The notes: generated by a model not told the origin, from the letters alone. 60,752 bases of DNA from an uncultured Glaciecola sp. (GCA_964418575.1 CAYQMI010000004.1:1-60752), one strand, 5' to 3'. Counted from the stretch's first letter, positions 11,108-22,473 are shown. Numbers and translations: made by a program.

Positions 11108-11415
11108 AAGTCCTATCATAGCTATGTTAGGACTATACAAAAGCTGTACTTAAGCTTGTTTTTAAAGAGGATGATGGATAAAAGCCGAATATTATTCCAA
11201 TCATGCACATCATGCGGCTTCGTTATATGACCACTTTTGGGGTGTCCCCAATGAGCACCTAACAAGCAACCTTCGAGCAAGTTAATAGCAAACCGTGCAT
11301 GCTTGAATTGGCAAATAACTTGGGTTGTGCTGTGCAGTTGGGTGTCCCCTTAGCAAAAAAGACCTTGACCCTTCACCACCACTTGCATATAAATGAGTAA
11401 CATTTATCAACTAGT

Positions 11416-12324
11416 ATGGCTATGTCAGTTAAACATCCTATTATTGCGATCACCGGTAGCTCTGGTGCTGGAACAACCACAACAACAAATGCGATTAGGC
11501 ATATCTTTCGAAACTTAGAGATTAATGCAGCTTCTGTTGGGGGAGACAGTTTCCATCGCTTTACTCGCCCGGAGATGGAAGTCGAAATACGCAAAGCACA
11601 AGAACAAGGAAAGCACATTAGCTACTTTGGCCCGAAAGCGAACGACTTTGAGCTATTGGAAACCTTGTTTAAGCAATACTCTGAGTCAGGTAACGGACAA
11701 TTCAGGCAATACCTACATACATTCGACGAGGCGGTTCCCTTCAATCAAATGCCGGGGACTTTTACGCCCTGGCAAGACTTACCTGAGAATACCGATCTTT
11801 TGTTTTACGAAGGTCTACATGGCGGCGTACGAACTGAAAACACTGATGTCGCATCATTTGTTGATTTGTTAGTTGGCATGGTGCCCATTGTAAATTTAGA
11901 GTGGATTCAAAAGATAGTACGCGATACAACAGACCGAGGACACTCGCGTGATGCAGTAATGAGCAGCATTGTTCGAAGCCTAGATGATTATTTTCATTAC
12001 ATAACGCCGCAGTTTTCTCGCACCCATATTAATTTTCAACGCGTACCGACGGTCGATACCTCTAACCCTTTCAGCGCTCGTGAAATCCCGTCACAAGATG
12101 AAAGCTTTGTAGTTGTGCGCTTTCGTCGAGAGATGAAGAACGTCAATTTCACCTACCTTTTGCAAATGATTGACGGCGCCTTTATGTCCAGGGTAAATAC
12201 CATTGTGGTTCCCGGAGGCAAAATGGGATTGGCGATGGAGCTTATATTAACGCCTTTAATTGAAGAGCTTATTGATAAAAAGCGTCGTGCCGGTTATCAA
12301 ATGGATTGGGTAGCAGACAGATAA
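11416..12324 (+). CDS. prkB: Phosphoribulokinase-family protein
   Basis: HPIIAITGSSGAGTT, LFYEGLHG, NFQRVPTVDTSNPF. Confidence 0.93.
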   Translation: MAMSVKHPIIAITGSSGAGTTTTTNAIRHIFRNLEINAASVGGDSFHRFTRPEMEVEIRKAQEQGKHISYFGPKANDFELLETLFKQYSESGNGQFRQYLHTFDEAVPFNQMPGTFTPWQDLPENTDLLFYEGLHGGVRTENTDVASFVDLLVGMVPIVNLEWIQKIVRDTTDRGHSRDAVMSSIVRSLDDYFHYITPQFSRTHINFQRVPTVDTSNPFSAREIPSQDESFVVVRFRREMKNVNFTYLLQMIDGAFMSRVNTIVVPGGKMGLAMELILTPLIEELIDKKRRAGYQMDWVADR

Positions 12325-12405
12325 GTTACATGTTGTAACAATATCGCCCTAGTTTGCTTCACTCGCTAATGTATAGTTTGTGAAAGTGCTAATTGGAAAA
12401 GTCTT

Positions 12406-13128
12406 ATGGGTCAAGAAACCACAAAAATCCTTGTTGTTGATGATGACATGCGTCTGCGCGCATTATTAGAACGCTATCTTGTTGAGCAAGGTTATCAAGT
12501 GAGAGGCGCAGCCAATGCGGAGCAAATGGATAGGTTGCTAGAGCGCGAAAATTTTCATTTAATTGTACTTGATTTAATGCTGCCCGACGAAGATGGCTTG
12601 TCAATTTGTAGACGCCTTCGTCAACAACAAAATGAAATTCCAATAATTATGCTAACCGCTAAAGGCGATGAAGTAGACAGAATTATCGGCCTTGAGATGG
12701 GTGCTGATGATTACCTGCCGAAACCTTTCAACCCCAGAGAGTTACTTGCACGAGCAAAAGCGGTGTTGCGACGCAAAACTACTGAAGCACCTGGGGCCCC
12801 CTCACACGCAGAGCAACTCGTTAGTTTTGGGTCATTTAAGCTTAATCTTGCTACGCGCGAAATGACCGGCGATGGTAAGCCGATGGCTCTAACTAGCGGA
12901 GAGTTCGCGGTGCTGAAATCTTTGGTAAGCCACCCTAGGGAACCTTTGTCTAGAGATAAATTAATGAACTTGGCTCGCGGCCGAGACTATAGTGCGATGG
13001 AAAGAAGTATCGATGTGCAAGTCTCGCGCCTTCGCCGCATGCTCGAAGTCGACCCAACCAATCCTCGCTACATTCAAACGGTATGGGGACTCGGCTATGT
13101 ATTTGTACCCGACGGGCAGGATGCGTAA
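12406..13128 (+). CDS. ompR: Two-component response regulator OmpR
   Basis: KILVVDDDMRLRALLERYL...YIQTVWGLGYVFVPDG. Confidence 0.97.
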   Translation: MGQETTKILVVDDDMRLRALLERYLVEQGYQVRGAANAEQMDRLLERENFHLIVLDLMLPDEDGLSICRRLRQQQNEIPIIMLTAKGDEVDRIIGLEMGADDYLPKPFNPRELLARAKAVLRRKTTEAPGAPSHAEQLVSFGSFKLNLATREMTGDGKPMALTSGEFAVLKSLVSHPREPLSRDKLMNLARGRDYSAMERSIDVQVSRLRRMLEVDPTNPRYIQTVWGLGYVFVPDGQDA

Positions 13129-13139
13129 GTCAACACTTG

Positions 13140-14468
13140 ATGCGCTTTTTTCCTAAGAGTACATTCTCTCAAACTATTGTTTTAATAGGATTGTTGTTAT
13201 TGATCAATCAGGTTGTCTCGTACCTGTCTATCACTCACTATTTTATCAGTCCCAGTTATAACCAAATAAATACCTTAGTTGCAAATCAAGTTTCGACCCT
13301 ATTTTTAAGTGATTTGGACACCCTAAGTGAAACTGAAAAAGAAAAACTACAAAAACGCACCGGCATCCGCTTTCATAGCCCGGTAAGTGCAATGCATGCC
13401 GGTTTATCTGACGCTACCTACTATGCTTTTATGGCAAAAAGCGTTTCTGAGCAACTTGGTATTGAAACTGAAGTGAGGATAAAGACGGGGAAACAGTATG
13501 TTGTATGGATACGTCCTTCTACCTATCCAAATACTTGGATTTCAATTCCGCTTATAGGCATTGGAGATGAGGAGTTCTCTCCCCTCACGATGTATTTTAT
13601 TGTGATTGGGGCTTTGAGTGTCCTCGGTGGTTGGCTTTTTGTTCGTCGCCTAAACAAGCCATTACAAGCCCTTCAAAAAGCCGCACGAGAAGTAGGCATG
13701 GGGAATTTTCCGAAACCCTTGCCTTTGGAGGGAAGCTCTGAAATTGTTTCTGTAACAAGGGCTTTCAATCGAATGTCGCAGAATATTAAACAATTAGAAA
13801 GCGATAGAATACTCATGACAGCCGGTATCTCCCATGATCTGCGAACACCGCTTACTAGAATTAGGTTAGCCAGTGAAATGCTGCCTAATGAGCAAGATTG
13901 GATTAAAGAAGGCATTGAGCACGACATTGATGATATGAACGGTATCATCAACCAGTTTATTGACTACGCCAGACAAGATCAGGCCGAACGTTTCGAAACC
14001 ATCAATCTCAATGACTTAATAAAAGACCTAGTTGAATCTCGAAGACTCGAGGACACTCACAACATCAAGCTAAAACTTGAAGAGCTACCCTTCCTTAAGC
14101 TCAGAGTGGTGGGGATAAAACGAGTATTAGATAACTTAATTGAAAATGCCTTTAGATACGGCAGCAAAGATATCGAAATACTCACTCATTACGACCCCAA
14201 GAAACTCCATGTTTTTTGCGCCGTAAGAGACTTTGGTGAAGGTATCGAGGACACCCAAATAGATGCCTTATTCGACCCATTCGCTCAGGGTGATAGAGCG
14301 AGGGGGAGTCAAGGCTCGGGATTGGGCTTGGCCATTACAAAGCGGATCATCGAAAGCCACGGAGGAAGAATGTCTTTTCTTAATCACAAAAATGGTGGAT
14401 TAGTTGCCGGATTCTTATTAAAAGCTCATTACAAACCCAATCAAAAGCTTACCTCTAACAAAGCTTAA
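13140..14468 (+). CDS. envZ: Sensor histidine kinase EnvZ
   Basis: Two TM segments, HAMP, GISHDLRTPLTRIRLA H-box, GSGLGLAI; ATG 13140 preferred. Confidence 0.95.
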   Translation: MRFFPKSTFSQTIVLIGLLLLINQVVSYLSITHYFISPSYNQINTLVANQVSTLFLSDLDTLSETEKEKLQKRTGIRFHSPVSAMHAGLSDATYYAFMAKSVSEQLGIETEVRIKTGKQYVVWIRPSTYPNTWISIPLIGIGDEEFSPLTMYFIVIGALSVLGGWLFVRRLNKPLQALQKAAREVGMGNFPKPLPLEGSSEIVSVTRAFNRMSQNIKQLESDRILMTAGISHDLRTPLTRIRLASEMLPNEQDWIKEGIEHDIDDMNGIINQFIDYARQDQAERFETINLNDLIKDLVESRRLEDTHNIKLKLEELPFLKLRVVGIKRVLDNLIENAFRYGSKDIEILTHYDPKKLHVFCAVRDFGEGIEDTQIDALFDPFAQGDRARGSQGSGLGLAITKRIIESHGGRMSFLNHKNGGLVAGFLLKAHYKPNQKLTSNKA

Positions 14469-14602
14469 AACTTAAAAATAAGTTTTGTTTAAGATGTAAC
14501 CCTATTGTTGGGTGTCCCCTGCATTGCGCTGCATTGTAAGCTCCACCCTTAAGAAAGTGTTCATAAAACCCATCGAATAGCCTCACCCGATTGACTCGTT
14601 GT

Positions 14603-15502
14603 TCAGTGTTTGAGTGTCCCCGCCTCTTCAAACACCTTAAAATTATCAGCATGAATGTTTTCAACATCTACGGCATCAAACTCATACATTTGATGACAAA
14701 ACTGGCAATCCATTTTGATGCTGCCATCTTCTTCTATGATTGTGAGTAACTCTTGTTTCGCAATATTTCGAAGCGCCTGAGCACTGCGTGCTTTAGAGCA
14801 GTCGCACTCAAACCTTACTTGCTGTTGCTCAAAAAGTCGGATGTCCTCTTCATGAAATAATCGATGAATCAAAGCCGTAGGCTCAAGCTCCAGCAGTTCT
14901 TCAGAGGTTGTTGTATTGGCAAGCACCGACAAATGCTCAAAGTCCGTATTTTCCCCGGCTTGAACAGTCTCACTGGTCTGCGGAACAATTTGTAATATCA
15001 TGCCAGCGGCCGCGCGCGCGGGGTCTGCACTGGTAGCCAAATACACCTTAGTGAGTAGCTGCTCCGATTGCAGAAAATAGTTTTCTAAACATTCAGCTAA
15101 GCTGGGTTTATCAAGCGCAACCACTCCCTGATAGCGCTCTTTACCTTGGGGAGCAAGCGTAATAGCCAAGACACCTTTGGTAAATAATTCGCTAAAAGAG
15201 TTTGGTAAATCACTTGTACTCTCGTCCCAACGCGCAACGCCTCTCAATTTTTGTTCATGCGTACCATTTATGACCGCATACTTCACAATCCCCTCACTTT
15301 GGATTTGCAAAGCCACTTCACCTTTAAATTTAAGCGTTGCGGTTAATAAGCTCACTGCGCTCATCAACTCTCCTAACAAACGAGCAATCGGCTCTGGATA
15401 GTCATAGGAATCAAGCACAGACTTATAGCTCTCGCTCAGCTGTACTATCTCTCCTCGTACCGCTCTATCTTCAAACAGAAAGCGTGTTAGCTTATCGCTC
15501 AT
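14603..15502 (-). CDS. hslO: Hsp33 redox-regulated chaperone
   Basis: RFLFE..AVRGE, CLENYFLQSEQL, CDCS...CQFC zinc motif. Confidence 0.96.
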   Translation of the reverse strand: MSDKLTRFLFEDRAVRGEIVQLSESYKSVLDSYDYPEPIARLLGELMSAVSLLTATLKFKGEVALQIQSEGIVKYAVINGTHEQKLRGVARWDESTSDLPNSFSELFTKGVLAITLAPQGKERYQGVVALDKPSLAECLENYFLQSEQLLTKVYLATSADPARAAAGMILQIVPQTSETVQAGENTDFEHLSVLANTTTSEELLELEPTALIHRLFHEEDIRLFEQQQVRFECDCSKARSAQALRNIAKQELLTIIEEDGSIKMDCQFCHQMYEFDAVDVENIHADNFKVFEEAGTLKH

Positions 15503-15517
15503 ATAAATATTTACCTT

Positions 15518-15967
15518 TTATTGATTCTTAAACTGAATAATTTGTCGACGTTGTTTTTTGTCGGGCCTGCCATCTGGTCGAGGACTGTGAAAAATACTTA
15601 ATTTTCGTGCCTCCGCGTTGCGCTCACGCTGCTCAACACTGGCTTGTGTTTCGGAATATAACTCTTGTGCTAATGCAGCCGATTGGCGTTTATCGTGTAT
15701 TTTTTCAACAATAACAATTTTTGTATCGAAGCCTGTGGGTATCTTTATTTTTGCACCTAGTTCCACCACTTTACTTGGCTTTGTGCGCTGCTCATTATAC
15801 GTGATTTTTCCCGCCTGAATCATATCTCTGGCCAAAGAGCGCGTTTTGCAAAAACGCGCTGCCCACACCCACTTATCTAATCGCACCGCCTCGCCTTGCT
15901 CAGATGGATGGGTTGGGTGTCCCCGTTTTGAAACTCTCTTCGATGAGTCTTGATTTGCTTTTTGCAT
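15518..15967 (-). CDS. hslR: Ribosome-associated heat shock protein Hsp15 with extended N-terminus
   Basis: VRLDKWVWAARFCKTRS S4 domain, RPDKKQRR; start uncertain. Confidence 0.94.
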   Translation of the reverse strand: MQKANQDSSKRVSKRGHPTHPSEQGEAVRLDKWVWAARFCKTRSLARDMIQAGKITYNEQRTKPSKVVELGAKIKIPTGFDTKIVIVEKIHDKRQSAALAQELYSETQASVEQRERNAEARKLSIFHSPRPDGRPDKKQRRQIIQFKNQ

Positions 15968-16109
15968 AGTAATTTGCACTTTTACCGTCAATAAGGGTCT
16001 TTATATTGTTAATTTTTTATCACAATGGACCTTGGCTATTGTTCATCACTGTCACACTCGATATGATTAGCCAGTTAACATTTAGCGTGGAAAGCACACC
16101 AAAAAACTA

Positions 16110-17051
16110 ATGACAATCGAAAAGCTCAATTTATCGCCATTACTCCAATTCTATCAGGAAAATGATAAAAAAATCATTTTAGCGGTGGTGATTTTACTTG
16201 CGCTGTACTTAATATCCTTTGCCGCAAAATTAACTTGGCAGCTTATTCCCGAACCCACGCAAGTGACTGCCTCAAATGCAAGTTCCGCCTCACTTAACGC
16301 TAATGTGGCGTCGACTGACAATAAAACCAACCTCAATAAGTTACTCGGTCTAAATTTATTTGGAGATGCGAGCGCAAAACCCGCACCAGCAAAGCAACAA
16401 GATGTTACCGACGCACCAGAAACAAAGCTCAATCTTATCTTATCCGGCGTAGTGGCTAGCCCCGACCCAAACGTTGGGGCTGCGGTGATTGAGTATCGCA
16501 ACAACCAAAACACCTATGGCATTGGCGATAAAATCGAAGGTACTCAGGTTACCCTAGATGAAATTTATGTAGACCGTGTCATTATTAAAAACCGCGTATC
16601 AAGAGAAACTCTGATGCTCGAGGGCGTAGACTTTGAAGAAGCTAACCGGCTAAGAGAGCAAAATCAGCCAATTGAAGTGTATGAGGGGCCTGTGCAAGCT
16701 CAGCAACAGCAAAGCCCGCGAAATCAATCAGCCGAAGTAGACCTTGCGAGTATTCAACAACGCCTAGCTGAAGAACCAGCCAGTTTTGCAGATTTTATAC
16801 GCTTATCTCCTCACGTTAAAGACGGTATGCCAGTTGGGTATAGAGTATCTCCTGGTAAAGACCCAAGTTTATTTACACAAGTAGGTTTAAAAGATGGTGA
16901 TATAGTCATCGAACTTAACGGCTATGATTTATCAGATACCGTCCAAGCGCTTGAAGCAGTTGCACTGTTAAACGAAGCGCAGAGTCTAGGTGTTGAAGTG
17001 CTTAGAAACGATGAGGTGATCTCATTGAACTTAGATATTCCAAGGGATTAA
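16110..17051 (+). CDS. gspC: Type II secretion protein C
   Basis: N-terminal TM, APETKLNL.LSG HR domain, C-terminal PDZ. Confidence 0.93.
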   Translation: MTIEKLNLSPLLQFYQENDKKIILAVVILLALYLISFAAKLTWQLIPEPTQVTASNASSASLNANVASTDNKTNLNKLLGLNLFGDASAKPAPAKQQDVTDAPETKLNLILSGVVASPDPNVGAAVIEYRNNQNTYGIGDKIEGTQVTLDEIYVDRVIIKNRVSRETLMLEGVDFEEANRLREQNQPIEVYEGPVQAQQQQSPRNQSAEVDLASIQQRLAEEPASFADFIRLSPHVKDGMPVGYRVSPGKDPSLFTQVGLKDGDIVIELNGYDLSDTVQALEAVALLNEAQSLGVEVLRNDEVISLNLDIPRD

Positions 17052-17066
17052 GAAAATGAAGGTAGT

Positions 17067-19118
17067 GTGGTTATGAGATTAAATTGGCCTTTAAAGCCAT
17101 GCGCGAACATCGCATGTTGCTTGAGCCTAGCACTTGGGCTCTTTTTAAGCAGCGTTGCCTACAGCGCAGAGTATCAGCCGAACTTTAAGAATACCGAGAT
17201 CACAGAGTTTATTAATATCGTCGGTAAAAATCTTAAACGCACTATTATTGTAGACCCTAACGTGCGCGGAAAAATCAGTGTACGCAGCTACGATTTATTG
17301 GATGAAGATCAGTACTATCAATTTTTCTTAAATGTGCTGCAAGTATATGATTTTGCAGTTGTTGAAATGCCAAATGGTATTTTAAAAGTGGTACGCTCGA
17401 AAGATGCGAAAGCCTCAAATATTCCAGTGGTAGAAGGCACAAGATTCGACGGCGATGAAATGATCACGCGCGTACTACCGGTTTACAATGTCCCTGTTAG
17501 AGAACTCGCCCCTATTCTTCGCCAACTCAACGACCAACAAGGCGGCGGCAACGTCGTAAGCCACGACCCTAGCAACGTAATGATGCTTACCGGCCGCGCT
17601 GCAGTGGTAAATAGGCTCGTTGAAATAATTGAGCGTGTTGACCGCGCTGGCGATGAAGAAGTTGAAGTGATCAAGCTTAAATACGCCTCAGCTTCAGAGA
17701 TGGTGCGCATTATTGACAGCATCAATAACTCCGCTGGCAAGCAGGCCGCAGGCGGAAAGTCAACACCACGCGTGGTAGCCGATGATCGCACCAACAGCGT
17801 TATTGTTAGCGGTGATGTCAAAGCACGTCAACGTTTGATTAACCTTATAGAGCGCATGGACCAAGAGCTAGAAAGTAGCGGTAACACTCGCGTTATTTTC
17901 TTAAACTATGCCAAAGCCGAAGACCTAGTAAAAGTATTGCAAGGAGTGAGTGCCACCATTCAATCGGAAGGCCAACCCGCTCAGCAGGGCCGTCGCTCGG
18001 GATCGAACAACCGTGACGTTAGTATCGACTTCCACGAAGACAGTAACTCATTAGTCATCACGGCTGAGCCTGATATGATGCGCTCGTTAGAAAAGGTTAT
18101 TCGCCAGCTCGATGTGCGCAGGGCGCAAGTGCAAGTAGAAGCGATTATTGTTGAAGTGTTCGAAGGCGACGGCGTCACACTGGGTGTTCAATGGGTATCT
18201 GAAGACGGTGGTGGAACGCAGTTTACAAATGGCGTAATTCCGGTAGGTGGCTTAGGTGTTGCTTTGAGAGAAGCTGAAGACCGCACTGTTACCCGAACCA
18301 CTACATCAGCAAACGGCGTTCCGGTTGAGACACAAGAGACAATTGAAGGCGATTTAACACCATTGGCATCTTTGCTAGGTGGAGCAAATGGGCTTATTGC
18401 TGGTGTGATTGAAAATGGATGGGGTGCAGTCGTGCAAGCCGTTAGCAACGACACTAACTCAAATATCCTTGCCACACCGCACCTCACTACCATGGACAAT
18501 GAAGAGGCATTTTTCATTGTTGGACAAGAAGTGCCAATTATTACCGGCACAAGTACGGGCTCAAATAACTCTAACCCCTTCCAGACCGTAGACCGTCAAG
18601 AGGTGGGTATAAAGCTTAAAGTCACCCCGCAAATAAACGAAGGTGATGCGGTTCAGTTAACCATTGAGCAAGAAGTTTCAAGTGTTAGCGGCGCCACTGC
18701 AGTGGATATTTCAATTAATAAACGCGAAATCAAAACTACAGTTATTGTAGATGATGGAGGCACGATTGTGTTAGGCGGTTTGATTGACGAAGACGTGCAG
18801 GAAAGTGTGTCTAAGGTACCATTGTTAGGCGATATCCCGGTTCTAGGTCACTTGTTTAAAACAACATCAACAAGTAAGCGAAAGCGCAACCTCATGGTAT
18901 TTTTGCGTCCTACTATTGTGCGTGATGGCATTACGATGAACGAAATCAGTCATCGCAAATACAATTATATTCGCGCTCAGCAGCTAAATCGTCAGTCACA
19001 AGGTATTCCGCTTATGCCAAACACCACGGGGCCAGATTTACCGTCGTGGGATGACAAGCTCACATTACCCCCCTCGTTTGAGCAGTATCTGATTGAAAAA
19101 GATGGGTTGAAAGACTAA
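17067..19118 (+). CDS. gspD: Type II secretion secretin D
   Basis: [43 protein letters not shown]. Confidence 0.97.
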   Translation: MVMRLNWPLKPCANIACCLSLALGLFLSSVAYSAEYQPNFKNTEITEFINIVGKNLKRTIIVDPNVRGKISVRSYDLLDEDQYYQFFLNVLQVYDFAVVEMPNGILKVVRSKDAKASNIPVVEGTRFDGDEMITRVLPVYNVPVRELAPILRQLNDQQGGGNVVSHDPSNVMMLTGRAAVVNRLVEIIERVDRAGDEEVEVIKLKYASASEMVRIIDSINNSAGKQAAGGKSTPRVVADDRTNSVIVSGDVKARQRLINLIERMDQELESSGNTRVIFLNYAKAEDLVKVLQGVSATIQSEGQPAQQGRRSGSNNRDVSIDFHEDSNSLVITAEPDMMRSLEKVIRQLDVRRAQVQVEAIIVEVFEGDGVTLGVQWVSEDGGGTQFTNGVIPVGGLGVALREAEDRTVTRTTTSANGVPVETQETIEGDLTPLASLLGGANGLIAGVIENGWGAVVQAVSNDTNSNILATPHLTTMDNEEAFFIVGQEVPIITGTSTGSNNSNPFQTVDRQEVGIKLKVTPQINEGDAVQLTIEQEVSSVSGATAVDISINKREIKTTVIVDDGGTIVLGGLIDEDVQESVSKVPLLGDIPVLGHLFKTTSTSKRKRNLMVFLRPTIVRDGITMNEISHRKYNYIRAQQLNRQSQGIPLMPNTTGPDLPSWDDKLTLPPSFEQYLIEKDGLKD

Positions 19119-19120
19119 TT

Positions 19121-20716
19121 ATGCAGAGTGATGCGTCAATGAATTCACAAACGGCCACTCAAGACACACTTCTTGATGAAGCCGTTGATGACTTACAGCA
19201 GGCAGAGTTAGCGGCTAACTCCGAGGTCATGCCCGACGAGGATGAAATCATTGGCAATCAACTGCCGTTCGGCTTTGCGAAACGCCATAAGGTACTATTG
19301 GGCTTAGATACTGACCCAATCACCTTGCATTATACTAGTGAAACCTCTCTCAAAAGTATTGCTGAAGTCAGGCGTTTTGTAGGTGCTAGCCTGCAAATGA
19401 AAACCTTGCCCGAAGATAAATTTGAGCAAATACTAACCGACTCTTTCCAACGTAATTCATCTGAAGCCAAACAGCTAATGGAAGACCTTGGCAACGAAAG
19501 TGACCTTTTTGCCTTAGCAGAAGACTTACCCGACACAGAAGACTTACTCGATAACGAAGACGATGCACCCATCATCAAGCTTATCAATGCAATGCTTGGC
19601 GAAGCGATTAAAGAAGGCGCTTCCGACATCCATATCGAAACCTTTGAAAACCAATTAGTTGTGCGCTTTAGAGTGGACGGCGTATTGCGCGAAATCTTGC
19701 GCCCAAATCGCAAAATGTCATCGATGTTAGTATCTCGCATTAAAGTTATGTCGAAAATGGATATCGCAGAAAAACGCGTGCCACAAGATGGGCGTATTAG
19801 CTTGCGCATAGGCGGGCGAGCGGTTGATGTTCGTGTATCAACCATGCCATCTAGCCACGGTGAACGGGTTGTACTGCGTTTACTTGATAAGAATAATGCA
19901 CGATTAAACCTCGAAGACTTGGGCATGACCTTAAGCAATCGCCAGCACTTTTCAGGCTTAATTCGCAAACCTCACGGCATTATGCTTGTTACCGGTCCAA
20001 CCGGCTCAGGTAAAAGTACCACTTTATATGCCGGTTTAACTGAAATTAATTCAAAAGACCGCAATATATTAACCGTAGAAGACCCCATCGAGTTTGACTT
20101 AGAAGGCATCGGCCAAACCCAAGTTAATCCAAAGGTGGATATGACTTTTGCAAGAGGCCTTAGGGCCATATTGCGTCAAGATCCAGATGTGGTGATGGTA
20201 GGTGAGATTCGTGATATTGAAACTGCGCAAATCGCGGTGCAAGCTAGTTTGACCGGGCACTTAGTACTTTCCACTCTACATACCAACACCGCAGCTGGCG
20301 CAATAACGCGTCTTGAAGATATGGGCATAGAGCCATTTTTACTTTCCTCTAGTCTCTTATCGGTGCTCTCTCAGCGTTTGGTGAGAACTTTATGCCCCGA
20401 ATGTAAAACAGCTCATACGCCCAGCGCAAAAGAACAAGAAGTACTCGGGCAAGGTGCTAGCGACACAACCGTAATTTATAATCCGAAAGGATGCGTACAG
20501 TGCAACTATTCGGGCTATCGTGGACGTACCGGTATTCATGAACAGTTAATTGTAGATGATACGGTGCGCGAAATGATGCATGACGGTCGGGGTGAACAGG
20601 CCATTGAAAAGTATATCCGAAAAACTACGCCGTCTATTCGGCAAGATGGGCTTGATAAAGTCTTGCAAGGCATCACTTCTTTAGAAGAAGTCTTAAGAGT
20701 AACCAGAGAAGAATAA
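19121..20716 (+). CDS. gspE: Type II secretion ATPase E
   Basis: [31 protein letters not shown]. Confidence 0.97.
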   Translation: MQSDASMNSQTATQDTLLDEAVDDLQQAELAANSEVMPDEDEIIGNQLPFGFAKRHKVLLGLDTDPITLHYTSETSLKSIAEVRRFVGASLQMKTLPEDKFEQILTDSFQRNSSEAKQLMEDLGNESDLFALAEDLPDTEDLLDNEDDAPIIKLINAMLGEAIKEGASDIHIETFENQLVVRFRVDGVLREILRPNRKMSSMLVSRIKVMSKMDIAEKRVPQDGRISLRIGGRAVDVRVSTMPSSHGERVVLRLLDKNNARLNLEDLGMTLSNRQHFSGLIRKPHGIMLVTGPTGSGKSTTLYAGLTEINSKDRNILTVEDPIEFDLEGIGQTQVNPKVDMTFARGLRAILRQDPDVVMVGEIRDIETAQIAVQASLTGHLVLSTLHTNTAAGAITRLEDMGIEPFLLSSSLLSVLSQRLVRTLCPECKTAHTPSAKEQEVLGQGASDTTVIYNPKGCVQCNYSGYRGRTGIHEQLIVDDTVREMMHDGRGEQAIEKYIRKTTPSIRQDGLDKVLQGITSLEEVLRVTREE

Positions 20717-21933
20717 TGCCAGCTTTCGCATATAAAGCGCTGGATGCGCGCGGAAAGAATAAAAATGGTGTGCTTGAAGGCGATACCGCGAGACAAATTC
20801 GGCAGCAGCTGAGAGAAAAGTCGCTCATTCCCGTTGAAGTTGAACAAGTTGCACAAGAAAAAACAACTGAGCGTTCATTTACACTTTTCACGCCTAGCAT
20901 CTCAAGCTCTGACTTAGCATTACTTACGCGTCAGCTCGCCACTCTCATCGAGGCTGCGCTAACCATAGAAGAAGCACTCTTAGCCGTGGCAGAGCAATGC
21001 GACAAGCCGCGCCACAAAAACATGATGATGGCAGTGCGCAGTAAAGTGGTAGAAGGCCATTCTTTAGCAAAAGCGCTTGGCGATTTTCCGCGAGTATTCG
21101 ATGGCTTATATCGAGCGATGGTCGCCGCTGGTGAACGTTCAGGGCACTTAGATACTGTGCTTAGTCGATTAGCAGACTACACCGAAAAGCGCCAGGCGAC
21201 ATCAAGCCAAATTAGCCAAGCTTTAATATACCCGATAGTCATGATGGTAGTTGCTCTCGGGGTAGTCATCATGCTGCTGACGGTAGTTGTGCCAAGTATC
21301 GTTGAACAATTCGATACCATGGGTCAGGAACTTCCTCTGATGACTCGCATACTTATAAGCATAAGCGATGCGCTGCAAGACTACGGTATTTTTGCAGGGA
21401 TTGCTTTAGCGCTTATTGTTTTGCTGATCAATCGACTGCTGCAGGTGCCTCGCATAGAGTTAATGTGGCATCGACGTTTGTTGTTTTTGCCGGTTATTGG
21501 CAAATTAGTCAGGGGAACTAACACCGCTCGTTTTGCTCAAACCTTAAGTATTTTATCGGCAAGCTCAGTGCCTCTGCTTGAATCTATGCGCATCGCAGGC
21601 AATGTTTTGGAAAATAAGCACCTGAAAAATCTTGTAAAAGACGCGGCTGAAAAAGTAAAAGAAGGTAGTACGCTTAGAGCATCCCTAGACGCCACAAAAG
21701 TTTTCCCGCCAATGATGATGCACATGATTGCGTCGGGCGAGAGGTCTGGGGAATTACAGCATATGCTCGCACGAGCTGCTGACAATCAAGAGCGTGAATT
21801 GGCTTCAACCATAAATATCGCGCTTAAGATATTTGAACCCGTACTGATTGTATCAATGGCAGCAATCGTACTGTTTATTGTAATGGCGATTTTAATGCCA
21901 ATACTCGCCCTGAACAGTTTAGTAGGTAGTTAA
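20716..21933 (+). CDS. gspF: Type II secretion inner membrane platform protein F
   Basis: TRQLATL, AGERSGHL, duplicated T2SSF domains. Confidence 0.97.
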   Translation: MPAFAYKALDARGKNKNGVLEGDTARQIRQQLREKSLIPVEVEQVAQEKTTERSFTLFTPSISSSDLALLTRQLATLIEAALTIEEALLAVAEQCDKPRHKNMMMAVRSKVVEGHSLAKALGDFPRVFDGLYRAMVAAGERSGHLDTVLSRLADYTEKRQATSSQISQALIYPIVMMVVALGVVIMLLTVVVPSIVEQFDTMGQELPLMTRILISISDALQDYGIFAGIALALIVLLINRLLQVPRIELMWHRRLLFLPVIGKLVRGTNTARFAQTLSILSASSVPLLESMRIAGNVLENKHLKNLVKDAAEKVKEGSTLRASLDATKVFPPMMMHMIASGERSGELQHMLARAADNQERELASTINIALKIFEPVLIVSMAAIVLFIVMAILMPILALNSLVGS

Positions 21934-21941
21934 CAAGGACA

Positions 21942-22403
21942 ATGACAATGACATTACAGCAAATCACTAGCAAACGACGCAATTCAATGAAGGGCTTTAC
22001 GCTGATAGAGGTAATGATTGTTATCTTTATTATCGGCATGATTGCGGCACTTGTCATACCAAACGTAGGTGGAAGCAAATCGACTGCTGAGCTAAAAAAA
22101 GCAGCTATTGATATTCAGAACTTAGAAAATGCTTTGCAGATGTACAAGCTCAATGCGAACCGCTTTCCTACTACTGAGCAAGGTCTAGAAGCTTTAGTTT
22201 CAATTCCAAGTATTGAGCCTGTCCCCAGAAATTATCCTGAAGGAGGTATCATCAACCGCTTACCACAAGACCCTTGGGGCGGTGACTATATTCTTTTGAG
22301 CCCCGGTGAAATTAAACCAGTGGAAATTTATTCTGTAGGCCCTGACGGTATAGACGGCACAGAAGATGACATTGGCAGTTGGAATATCAACGAATATCTG
22401 TAA
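21942..22403 (+). CDS. gspG: Major pseudopilin G
   Basis: G|FTLIE site, PTTEQGLEAL, LPQDPWG. Confidence 0.96.
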   Translation: MTMTLQQITSKRRNSMKGFTLIEVMIVIFIIGMIAALVIPNVGGSKSTAELKKAAIDIQNLENALQMYKLNANRFPTTEQGLEALVSIPSIEPVPRNYPEGGIINRLPQDPWGGDYILLSPGEIKPVEIYSVGPDGIDGTEDDIGSWNINEYL

Positions 22404-22473
22404 TGCGTTTTACGCAGCATAATTTAAGCCTTAGCTAAGATAGCTTCGTTGCTAACACAGGCACCTAATTTAA

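Noticed and set aside
10148-11400. Complete IS200/IS605 element or classical REP/BIME array
   Set aside because: No tnpB, no paired subterminal hairpins and no GTAG-led palindromes seen; both neighbours are core genes.
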